Virus record (IMG/VR): IMGVR_UViG_3300025759_000048 | Length of the DNA: 30,123 bases | Source: a virus | Reading direction: 5' to 3' (one strand) | In this document: piece after piece, positions 8,265 through 15,189 of the stretch | Numbering within the stretch: the first letter of the stretch is position 1 | Layout of the letters: each line of letters begins with the position of its first letter | The notes under the pieces: model-generated | Told to the model about the DNA's origin: nothing | The model's database searches: none | Seen by the model: only the letters and a program-made list of their open reading frames with translations | Position numbers and translations under genes: made by a program

Positions 8265-8500
8265 GACTTGTCCTCACAGATACGATTGACAAGGTCTCGT
8301 GTGGCGACTTTTCCGATCTTGCGTATGAGGTCTCTGATCTGTCGCTCGTCGTCTGATTGTATGGATCCATTGAAGGGGATCTCGGTGATCTCCTCTATAT
8401 AGTCGTGATCTGAGATGAGCAGGGAGAGGAGCTGAGGATCGGATTTGAAGAAAGCAGATTGCACTCCGCTTGTGTATGTAATGATGATGATGTGTGACAT
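8261..8500 (-). CDS. Hypothetical protein (79 aa from the internal ATG)
   Basis: The ATG at 8500 (MSHIIIITYTSG) follows AGGAGA-N8. The upstream ATG at 8527 lies inside the GATTGATGGCCA repeat. Confidence 0.5.
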   Translation of the reverse strand: MSHIIIITYTSGVQSAFFKSDPQLLSLLISDHDYIEEITEIPFNGSIQSDDERQIRDLIRKIGKVATRDLVNRICEDKS

Positions 8501-8504
8501 GATT

Positions 8505-8870
8505 GTAGTCTCCTGATTGATGGCCACGATTGATGGCCAGATTTAGATTTATTTGTGGTCTCATGGTCAAAATGTTTCATGAGATGTAAACATTATTACT
8601 CATTTGTTTATATTGTGCAAACAAAATAATAATTATTTGTGGCCAAGCCCAGCTTGTGGCCACGATTGATGGCCACGTCAAAATCCCCATATACTCGGCA
8701 TTTTCGCAGAATTGCGGGTTTTTCGTGGCCACAAATGAAAATTGACGAAAGTGCCGATATACTCGGCATTATTTGGAATTGTGGCCACAAACTATAGATA
8801 TTTTATATATTTTTTATTAAAAAGTATAAATATAATAAATATAGAAAAGGCCACGAATTCGTGGCCACGT
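8505..8870. repeat. Cluster of nine TGGCCA-core palindromes/iterons plus an AT-rich segment; candidate origin or regulatory hub
   Basis: GATTGATGGCCA(C/G) occurs at 8505, 8518 and 8664. TTGTGGCCA(A/C) occurs at 8637, 8654 and 8779, and TCGTGGCCACAAA at 8723. An 18-bp perfect palindrome GGCCACGAATTCGTGGCC lies at 8849-8866. The stretch 8791-8848 is about 90% AT. ATATACTCGGCATT is repeated at 8689 and 8757. Confidence 0.8.
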
Positions 8871-8900
8871 TAATTATCTGCTCTGAGGGGAGGGAGACTC

Positions 8901-10253
8901 CTATGAGGGAGGCCACCATCCTCGGACTCTGTCTCCTCCCTCAGGAGGTCTCCGTCTGTCATACTCGTATCGATTACGTTGTAGTATATCGGAGATTATC
9001 TGACTATTCGCTCGGACTCCTGACTCGAGGAAGGGGGAGAGCTCCTCTCTCAATTGTCTCAGGATCTGAGCGACTGAGATGGGGAGATCTTCTGTCTCTG
9101 CGATAATCTCCTCAACCCTCTCTGTCATAGGATGGGTTTGCTCAAATGCCGAGCTCTCCCCTATATGCTCAATCTCCTCCTCATTCGTGAGCCACCATTG
9201 GCCGAGGTGCGCTTTTTTGGGATTTTTGGGATCTCTCATATACTCATCATATCTATAGAGGATCTCTGACCAAATATAAGGCATCCTATCCCTGAGCCGG
9301 GGGATGTCTATTTTTTTACTGCCGAGATCGACACACCATAGACGAGAGTTCCCTGAGGCATCTGTCAGGACGTTTTTTTTATTGGTCGTGTATGCAAATA
9401 CAGTCCGTCTCGGGACCTCCTCATTAAATTTCCCATATACAAACCGACAATCATCCTTCTGTATAGATAAAAATCGCTTCTCGATCTTTGCGTCCTTTGG
9501 TCTGCCTGCCATCTCTTGTAATTCATAGATGAGCTTGCCTCTGATCTGCATAACGGCATCCGGATAGTCTGACATGTCGAGTTCATTGTCTCCAAAATAT
9601 CGACGTCCGAGCGCATCATAAAAACAGATAGTCTCGAGGGCTCGTGATTTACCTATCCTCTGATGTCCGTACAATAGGAGGCAGGGATCCGCTTTTACGA
9701 GATTGTCGAGGGTCGCATACGCACGAGCGATAACAGACAGGAGCCATCTGTGAGAGTAGACTCGAGCCATATAGCCCGGCTCTCCCTTCTTAGCAGAGTC
9801 AGGAGATCCGAGATAGTGTAATAGTTTGTATGCCTCAGGTTTGTCTCGCTCAGGATTCCAGAGACCTCTCAGGGAGTCGAGATGGTCGTGTAGAGGATTG
9901 ATAATATTCTCCGACGAGACGATCTGGACTGCAGAGAGGACCTCCTCTTTTTTAAATGATACTCCCCATCGATCCTCACACAAAAAGCGCAGCTCAGGGA
10001 CATGAGATTTATCGGAGAATCTGACCTCCTTTTCATTCTCGTCTTTCCAAAATATGATGTTTGAGAAGCCATCCTGAGTGAGTCTCCCTCTGAGGAGGGG
10101 ATGATTGCGGAGTAATTGGACAATATTAAACAGGGAGGGTTTGATATAGTCTCCGTTATCTGTGCGTCTGACTCTGAGCTCGAATCCGAGATTGAGAAGG
10201 GCTTGTATCCGTCCATCTGTGCTGTGTATCTCTGTAATGTTTGGTCTAGTCAT
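8901..10253 (-). CDS. VirE/D5-like P-loop NTPase (primase-associated helicase candidate)
   Basis: Walker A-like LLLYGHQRIGKS, about 450 aa, directly downstream of the primase gene. The start was moved to the ATG at 10253 (MTRPNITEI), which follows AGGAGA-N4 and lies 8 nt after the upstream stop. Confidence 0.6.
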   Translation of the reverse strand: MTRPNITEIHSTDGRIQALLNLGFELRVRRTDNGDYIKPSLFNIVQLLRNHPLLRGRLTQDGFSNIIFWKDENEKEVRFSDKSHVPELRFLCEDRWGVSFKKEEVLSAVQIVSSENIINPLHDHLDSLRGLWNPERDKPEAYKLLHYLGSPDSAKKGEPGYMARVYSHRWLLSVIARAYATLDNLVKADPCLLLYGHQRIGKSRALETICFYDALGRRYFGDNELDMSDYPDAVMQIRGKLIYELQEMAGRPKDAKIEKRFLSIQKDDCRFVYGKFNEEVPRRTVFAYTTNKKNVLTDASGNSRLWCVDLGSKKIDIPRLRDRMPYIWSEILYRYDEYMRDPKNPKKAHLGQWWLTNEEEIEHIGESSAFEQTHPMTERVEEIIAETEDLPISVAQILRQLREELSPFLESGVRANSQIISDILQRNRYEYDRRRPPEGGDRVRGWWPPS

Positions 10254-10261
10254 GTCGTCTC

Positions 10262-11233
10262 CTATATAAAATTGTTTATTTCTGCGAGGTATCCGACAGA
10301 TGCCGACCATCCGCAGGATTTGAGATGTCCACATCGAGCGAGATGGCTATTGCGGATGGGGTCGATATAGAAATAACTACAATCCGTCCTCTGACAGGAG
10401 GGACAGGAGAATCCCTGAGCTCGATCTCCTCCTGAGGACATCCGGATCTCACATCCGAGTCTATCTGCGAGTCTCTGTCTCCAGCTCATCTGTGTACTGA
10501 GCATATGATAATAATATTTGCGTCTGTCAGAGTGTGAGACTCTGCGTCCCTCGAGATTTTTGAGATGTGCCTCTCTGCGCTCCCTCTCCTCCTCTGCGAG
10601 TCTGCGTTTCTCGTCCAATTTCGCTTCGTATGCGTAGCGGGCTCGATCTGCGTACATCTCCCAATCGACTATCTCTCCTGACTCGTACAATACTCGACGA
10701 GAGAGGGGCTTGTGTGTCATCGTATAGTAGGCTCGCCCGGGGTCGTTTACTGAGGTATCGAGTTTAAGCCATTTGAGATCTTTCCCCTGCAGAGTGCCAT
10801 ATTTAGAGACGATCGGGATGGTGACATGCTCCCTAAACCAGTCCATCATCCCATCAAAATAAAAACGCCACAGCTCCGCAGGGACAGGATCTCTCATAGG
10901 AAACACGACTCTGAATTTATCTTTTACTTTCTCGTCGTGAGAGTAGGATGTGTGTATAAAAAACGACAATTTTAAAAATACTAGAATGTCGTGTACCTCA
11001 TCAAATCGATAGTAATCATCGATATCGAGAACCATCAGAGAGAGCTCAATTGCGTTTTCATTCCCCTTTTTAGTCCCCTTTTTAAATATGCAGGGGCTCC
11101 AGCAAACTTGCTGTTTTTTGGGTAATAGGGGTCTCTCCTGAGTGACAATATCATAGACCTGAGTAAATGATAATTTGTGTGTCTCAAATCGCTCAGGTTG
11201 ATATATTTTGGGTAATAATGTTATATTAAACAT
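10262..11233 (-). CDS. Putative DNA primase/polymerase (AEP-like) with C-terminal zinc ribbon
   Basis: Acidic DxD-type motif LMVLDIDD, followed by IHTSYSHD. The C-terminal Cys/His cluster is CPSCQRTDC...ARCGHLKSCGW. Confidence 0.5.
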   Translation of the reverse strand: MFNITLLPKIYQPERFETHKLSFTQVYDIVTQERPLLPKKQQVCWSPCIFKKGTKKGNENAIELSLMVLDIDDYYRFDEVHDILVFLKLSFFIHTSYSHDEKVKDKFRVVFPMRDPVPAELWRFYFDGMMDWFREHVTIPIVSKYGTLQGKDLKWLKLDTSVNDPGRAYYTMTHKPLSRRVLYESGEIVDWEMYADRARYAYEAKLDEKRRLAEEERERREAHLKNLEGRRVSHSDRRKYYYHMLSTQMSWRQRLADRLGCEIRMSSGGDRAQGFSCPSCQRTDCSYFYIDPIRNSHLARCGHLKSCGWSASVGYLAEINNFI

Positions 11234-11270
11234 GATGTTTTATCATCTCCTTATTGTTTGTAAGTTGCTT

Positions 11271-11303
11271 AGGGAGGGAGAGTGTCACTCCCTCCCTTTT
11301 TTT
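11271..11303 (+). terminator. Strong GC hairpin with a T-run on the plus strand only
   Basis: AGGGAGGGAG (11271-11280) pairs with CTCCCTCCCT (11288-11297), then TTTTTT. On the minus (coding) strand the hairpin has no U-tail. Confidence 0.5.
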
Positions 11304-11673
11304 ATTGGTTGTGTGGTCGTATTTTGAGCTCGATATGAGGAGTCTCCTCTGAGCTCGCATAATATTTACGTGCATATAGTGATGAGATCACTTTGTCGTC
11401 CTTCAGAGGGAGCGCATCGAGTAAACTCTTTACGCAGTTATCGAGATCGGGTCTCCTGTCGTGTATCACTCTCCCTCCGTATCGAGGGAGCCTTCCGACT
11501 CGGTGAAATACAAATACAATCTCAATATGCAGAGGTCCCTCGGGGAGAGAGATCTGAGAGAGGAGGCTCGCACACTCTCTAACCCACTCCTGATATTTTT
11601 TGGGATAATACACTCCCCCTCCCCGAGTCACTCGAGGTCTGGGACAGGCTCGAGGCTCAATCATTAGTATCAT
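11302..11673 (-). CDS. rusA: RusA-family Holliday junction resolvase
   Basis: PRPRVTRGG..YYPKKY...LHIEIVFVF...RRPDLDNCVKSLLDAL matches the RusA signature (D.DN..K...D). Length 123 aa. Confidence 0.75.
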   Translation of the reverse strand: MILMIEPRACPRPRVTRGGGVYYPKKYQEWVRECASLLSQISLPEGPLHIEIVFVFHRVGRLPRYGGRVIHDRRPDLDNCVKSLLDALPLKDDKVISSLYARKYYASSEETPHIELKIRPHNQ

Positions 11674-11986
11674 TTTTTGATCTCCGATAGGACTCTCGTG
11701 TGATGGGATTGTGTTCTCTCTCCTCTAAATGATAAAGATGTTTACACATAGACGTATAATAGAATCCTGAGCAATTACACGAGCTCCAATCTCTCCCTGA
11801 GTATTTTGAGCGATATATGAGACAGCGATAGACTCCTCTGTCTTTTGAGACGACATCCGCAGCTATGACGAGATATAGCTCTCCGTTGATCTCCCTCCCC
11901 TGAGAGTCGAGATTGATGATCTCGACGTCCTCAGAGGCATCTATAATATGTCGTGAGACGTTACCCATAGAGGACTCCTGACTCAT
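11657..11986 (-). CDS. SWIM zinc-finger protein
   Basis: CNCSGFYYTSMCKHLYH fits the SWIM pattern CxC...CxH. An alternative start at 11968 follows AGGAG-N6. Confidence 0.55.
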   Translation of the reverse strand: MSQESSMGNVSRHIIDASEDVEIINLDSQGREINGELYLVIAADVVSKDRGVYRCLIYRSKYSGRDWSSCNCSGFYYTSMCKHLYHLEEREHNPITRESYRRSKNDTND

Positions 11987-13088
11987 GTATCAATCTCCCT
12001 ATATGCTCAGAGCATTGAGGGACAATTGCATTCCCTAAAGCTCTAAGTTTAGCCACCCGATGGGGAATCCCATCATCCACTCGACAAATTGGGGACGGAG
12101 CCGGGCATCTTTCCCAATAGCCGAACCCTGAGATTGACACAGATCCGATATTGTTTTGGGAAGATTGTTGTCTCTCTTTAATTGGCTGGGCGAGAAATTG
12201 TTTTTTGATGTGTCGACCGTCGGAGTCGGGAGCATCCTCCCTACAAATGCGTTTAGAGATCTCCCTCCGTTGTATTTTTGGATTGTCGGAGCTGTCGGAG
12301 TATGAGCGGCATCCTCTGCTGTCGGAGTGGGGAGCATCATATTGTAAAGGATCGCATCCTTTATCCCAAATGTGCGCTTGTCTGGGATCTTTTTCCCGTT
12401 TACTATCCTTCGAGTGTAGAGGGGCTTGTTCTGTTTTGCTAATGAGATCGCTCTCTCTGTCCTCTCGGGGCTGTTTATGTCTCCCATCGCTGTCGGAGTG
12501 GGGAGCATCATCTCCCCGATGGCTCCGACTAATGTCGCACCATGTCGCCCATCCCTCTCGCTCGGAGAGAGTCTCCTGATCTTTTTGTAGTCCTGAGATG
12601 TCCTCGGAGTAGGCAACACAGAACCATCTCTTTCTGAGATGAGGGGCTCCGAATTGACGAGCGGATATAATTCCCCATTCGCAGCTATACCCGAGTTCGG
12701 TAAGCGATCCAATAACTGATAATCCCCCTCGAAAAGTGACAGCTGAGACGTTTTCCAGCACGATAACTCGAGGTCGTATATCCCTGATAATTCTGTGCAT
12801 TTCCCACCAAAGACCCGATTTTTTCCCATGTAATCCCTCTCCTTTTCCTGCGATTGATATGTCCTGACAGGGGAATCCTCCGCAGAGTAGATCGACAGGC
12901 TCCAAATTATGAGAGGAGACCTCCCTGACGTCGTTATATATTTTTGATTGTGGCCAATGTTTCCGGAGTACCCTCTGACAGAATTTATCTTGTTCGACCT
13001 GCCAGATGGTCTCGCTATTGGGGATGGCTCTCTCTAATCCGAGCTCAAATCCCCCTATCCCTGCAAAAAGGGAGCCGATTTTTATCAT
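11961..13088 (-). CDS. DNA (cytosine-5)-methyltransferase, main frame: motifs I-VIII and X, but no recognisable TRD or motif IX
   Basis: Motifs seen: I LFAGIGGFELG, IV GGFPCQDIS, V SGLWWEMHRII, VI VLENV, VIII QFGAPHLRKRWF and X LGNAIVPQ. The start was set to the ATG at 13088, which follows GGAGGGAGA-N4 and overlaps the upstream stop as ATGA. Confidence 0.85.
   Translation of the reverse strand: MIKIGSLFAGIGGFELGLERAIPNSETIWQVEQDKFCQRVLRKHWPQSKIYNDVREVSSHNLEPVDLLCGGFPCQDISIAGKGEGLHGKKSGLWWEMHRIIRDIRPRVIVLENVSAVTFRGGLSVIGSLTELGYSCEWGIISARQFGAPHLRKRWFCVAYSEDISGLQKDQETLSEREGWATWCDISRSHRGDDAPHSDSDGRHKQPREDRESDLISKTEQAPLHSKDSKREKDPRQAHIWDKGCDPLQYDAPHSDSRGCRSYSDSSDNPKIQRREISKRICREDAPDSDGRHIKKQFLAQPIKERQQSSQNNIGSVSISGFGYWERCPAPSPICRVDDGIPHRVAKLRALGNAIVPQCSEHIGRLIHESGVLYG
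12035..12829 (-). CDS. Nested +1-frame ORF (264 aa) inside the C5-MTase gene, encoding TRD-like LPTPT/R repeats and a motif-IX-like element
   Basis: AAGGAGAGGG-ATTAC-ATG provides a start signal. LPTP occurs four times, at 12616-12605, 12505-12494, 12334-12323 and 12232-12221. The C-terminus reads PQFVEWMMGFPIGW. This is by far the longest same-strand alternative-frame ORF in the window. Confidence 0.55.
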   Translation of the reverse strand: MGKNRVFGGKCTELSGIYDLELSCWKTSQLSLFEGDYQLLDRLPNSGIAANGELYPLVNSEPLISERDGSVLPTPRTSQDYKKIRRLSPSERDGRHGATLVGAIGEMMLPTPTAMGDINSPERTERAISLAKQNKPLYTRRIVNGKKIPDKRTFGIKDAILYNMMLPTPTAEDAAHTPTAPTIQKYNGGRSLNAFVGRMLPTPTVDTSKNNFSPSQLKRDNNLPKTISDLCQSQGSAIGKDARLRPQFVEWMMGFPIGWLNLEL

Positions 13089-13429
13089 TTGCTCTCCCTC
13101 CATGCTGTGATTGTGGTGTCGATCTCCTCTTTTATGAGGTCTGCTTTTATGTCGAGATGTCTCTCAAAATAGCGAGCGATTATCCAATAGACGAGATGAG
13201 AGGGGATATATCCATAAAACCATTTTTTAGCAGTATTGAGCTTTACTCCGCAGAGCCGAGCCAGCTCAGGAAGTGAGAATCTGTCTCCGACCTGAGTCCT
13301 ATATTTTGTCAGTAATATCCCGAGCTCAGGACATCGAAGGGGGTCGGGGATCTTCTCCTTTTTTGGGGATCGTGACTGAGAGGGGGGAGGCTCCTGAGGA
13401 AGGATATTTTTATCAAAAGATCTCCTCAT
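13085..13429 (-). CDS. Putative HTH DNA-binding protein (114 aa)
   Basis: LPELARLCGVKLNTAKKWFYG looks like an HTH. ATGA overlaps occur at both ends. Confidence 0.5.
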   Translation of the reverse strand: MRRSFDKNILPQEPPPSQSRSPKKEKIPDPLRCPELGILLTKYRTQVGDRFSLPELARLCGVKLNTAKKWFYGYIPSHLVYWIIARYFERHLDIKADLIKEEIDTTITAWRESK

Positions 13430-13710
13430 TTGCCCTCCTCTGATTTGCGCATCTGTGAGACATGCACACTATAGAGGATCTCCCTGACGAGGGAGTGAAA
13501 CCCATCCTCTCCGAGTGAGACGAGATACTGAGCGATCTGAGTGATAATCTCACAAGTAGGGAGACGAGATCCTGAGCGATATAGAGAGACGGTCGAGCGA
13601 TTGACGTCTATTTGACGAGCGAATTCCGAGCCGCTTAGATTGTATTTATCGAGTATGTTATTGAGCCATTGAGCAAACCCGATGGCATCCTGAGGGACAT
13701 AATCTGTCAT
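13426..13710 (-). CDS. XRE/Cro-like HTH transcriptional regulator
   Basis: LSGSEFARQIDVNRSTVSLYRSGSRLP is a classic XRE-type HTH. The start was moved to the ATG at 13710, which follows AGGAGA-N7. It is the first gene of the leftward early operon. Confidence 0.7.
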   Translation of the reverse strand: MTDYVPQDAIGFAQWLNNILDKYNLSGSEFARQIDVNRSTVSLYRSGSRLPTCEIITQIAQYLVSLGEDGFHSLVREILYSVHVSQMRKSEEGK

Positions 13711-13728
13711 AGTGTAATCTCCTGTGTT

Positions 13729-13777
13729 TTGATTATGTCTCCAAATGATAATATAAATGTTGACGATATGCAATCAA
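13729..13777. promoter_or_regulatory. Back-to-back divergent sigma70-like promoters
   Basis: Plus strand: TTGATT (13729-13734)-N17-TATAAA (13752-13757), and also TGnTAATAT. Minus strand: TTGATT (13777-13772)-N17-TATTAT (13754-13749). The two -10 elements overlap. Confidence 0.5.
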
Positions 13778-13792
13778 TAAAAGGAGATAAAA

Positions 13793-14362
13793 ATGAAATT
13801 GGTATTTATAGATATAGAGACGACGCATCTAAATCCTGCGATAGGAGAGATCATCGAGATCTCGATGATCCGATGTCAGGATAATATCGAGATCCGATAT
13901 ACGACCAAAATAAAACCTCAGAGGATACACCATGCAGATCCCGGAGCTCTGAAAGTCAACGGCTACAATCCGGAGGAGTGGCAGGATGCGCCCGAGGCTA
14001 AATATGTCGCTCAAAAGATCTCCTCATTTATGATGAATGCCCATCCTGTGGGACATAACGTGTCCTTCGACGTCGAGTATCTGCGAGAATTCTGTCATCA
14101 AAACGGAGTCCCCTATCTAGCGAGTAGAAAGAAGATCGACACAGTCGTCCTATCGATGGAACATCTCCCCTTCCTGCCATCTCACTCTCTATCGACTCTG
14201 CGAGCCTTTTTTGGATTGTCTCTGATAGGAGCGCACAGAGCCGAGAAAGACTGTGAGGACATGAGATGGATATATAACAGACTCAATCGAGCTAGTGCAT
14301 TCTCGAGGCTCCTGTGGCGGCTCAAATATTGGTATATCAAGAATAAAAAAACCCTCTCATGA
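13793..14362 (+). CDS. DnaQ-like DEDDh 3'-5' exonuclease
   Basis: ExoI FIDIETT, ExoII GHNVSFDVEYL and ExoIII HRAEKDCED. AAGGAGA-N5-ATG. Confidence 0.8.
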   Translation: MKLVFIDIETTHLNPAIGEIIEISMIRCQDNIEIRYTTKIKPQRIHHADPGALKVNGYNPEEWQDAPEAKYVAQKISSFMMNAHPVGHNVSFDVEYLREFCHQNGVPYLASRKKIDTVVLSMEHLPFLPSHSLSTLRAFFGLSLIGAHRAEKDCEDMRWIYNRLNRASAFSRLLWRLKYWYIKNKKTLS

Positions 14363-14369
14363 GAGAGGG
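14345..14369 (-). terminator. Intrinsic terminator for the 90-aa moron gene, overlapping the exonuclease stop codon
   Basis: Stem CCCTCTC (14352-14358) with GAGAGGG (14363-14369). On the minus strand it is followed by T7 (14345-14351). Confidence 0.65.
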
Positions 14370-14396
14370 GAGATTGACTTGAGAGGGAGAGGGTTG

Positions 14397-14669
14397 TTAT
14401 TTCTTTACTGTCATGAATGTCCCGATATATCCATCCTCATCGCAGATATAGACATCTATGTCGTAAGTTATACGAGAGCCGAGATTCAAAAAGTATGATT
14501 TGAGATTGCTCATATTTTGCATGTCTTGATCTTGATTGTCCTCTGTGTACAGAGTCACGTTAAAGGATGCATCATTGTCTAAGAATCTGATTGAGAAATC
14601 GTCTGCTTTGATGTTGAGTTCTTTTGTGAGGATTGATACCATTTTTTGTTCGATTGTCTTTAGTGTCAT
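14397..14669 (-). CDS. Small acidic protein (90 aa) in an AT-rich moron
   Basis: About 15 Asp/Glu against 9 Lys/Arg. By eye the GC content is clearly lower than in the flanking genes. It has its own promoter and terminator. Confidence 0.65.
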   Translation of the reverse strand: MTLKTIEQKMVSILTKELNIKADDFSIRFLDNDASFNVTLYTEDNQDQDMQNMSNLKSYFLNLGSRITYDIDVYICDEDGYIGTFMTVKK

Positions 14670-14700
14670 GATGTAGTCTCCGGTTGTTGTTGATACTTAT

Positions 14701-14729
14701 ATATTATCTTATTGTTTTCAGAGTGTCAA
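14701..14729 (-). promoter_or_regulatory. Near-consensus sigma70 promoter
   Basis: The minus strand reads TTGACA (14729-14724)-N17-TAATAT (14706-14701), about 30 nt upstream of the 14669 start. Confidence 0.7.
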
Positions 14730-14821
14730 CATAATAATTAAGAAAAAATAGGAGAGAGAGATTATAATCCCTCTCTGCCGTAACTTTTCATCGGTCCTGA
14801 GACGACCTCAGAACATGATAA

Positions 14822-15187
14822 TTATATAGCGGCTTCTCCCTTTATGCTCTCTTTTATCTGCTCTTTTAGCCTCATCTCGTGTATCTGCTCTTTAAGAGGC
14901 TCGAGGATGGCAAATAGTTTTTTCTGTCCCTTCTCGAGGGAGTCTATGCGAGAGGAGAATCCGTCAATCAATTGATCTCTGTCTTTATTGAGATCGGAGA
15001 CGACTCTCTCAAATCTCTCCCTTACTGCGTCCTCATTAGCCCGAGCCTCGAGTCGGATCTCCCTCATCTCTTGTTGTTGTTCTTTATTGGTTTTTCTTTG
15101 GTCCCAATATTGATATAGAAGGAAGCCGAGAAAGGGGGCATTTGTAGCCAGATCGAGCCAAATTTGCGTCACTGTTTGCGGATCCAT
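14822..15187 (-). CDS. N-terminal TM plus coiled-coil protein (holin or i-spanin-like lysis candidate)
   Basis: APFLGFLLYQYW is a hydrophobic segment and is followed by a charged helical region. The gene directly follows the putative lysin. Confidence 0.35.
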   Translation of the reverse strand: MDPQTVTQIWLDLATNAPFLGFLLYQYWDQRKTNKEQQQEMREIRLEARANEDAVRERFERVVSDLNKDRDQLIDGFSSRIDSLEKGQKKLFAILEPLKEQIHEMRLKEQIKESIKGEAAI

Positions 15188-15189
15188 CT

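Noticed and set aside
8172-8790. ORFs 8172-8402 (+), 8274-8570 (-), 8395-8580 (-), 8608-8790 (-) and 8861-9106 (+)
   Set aside because: They run through terminators, repeat arrays or the opposite strand of better-supported genes. They lack Shine-Dalgarno sequences and translate to low-complexity or His/Ser/Arg-rich strings.
12151-12579. Plus-strand 142-aa ORF inside the C5-MTase gene
   Set aside because: It is antisense to both same-strand frames. Its internal repeats (SEWGAS) are simply the reverse complement of the LPTPT repeats, and it has no RBS.
13426-14362. Lysogeny switch / temperate lifestyle
   Set aside because: An XRE-type regulator and back-to-back promoters are present. However, the divergent gene is a DnaQ-like exonuclease, not a CI-type repressor, and I found no integrase, excisionase, partition ATPase or attP-like site. 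Lifestyle cannot be called from this sequence.
14743-14776. Intrinsic terminator after the 121-aa lysis-region gene
   Set aside because: The stem is only 6 bp (AGAGAG/CTCTCT) with a 10-nt loop, and the T-run lies 6 nt away from the stem. This is too weak to list as a feature, so it is mentioned only as possible insulation of the moron.
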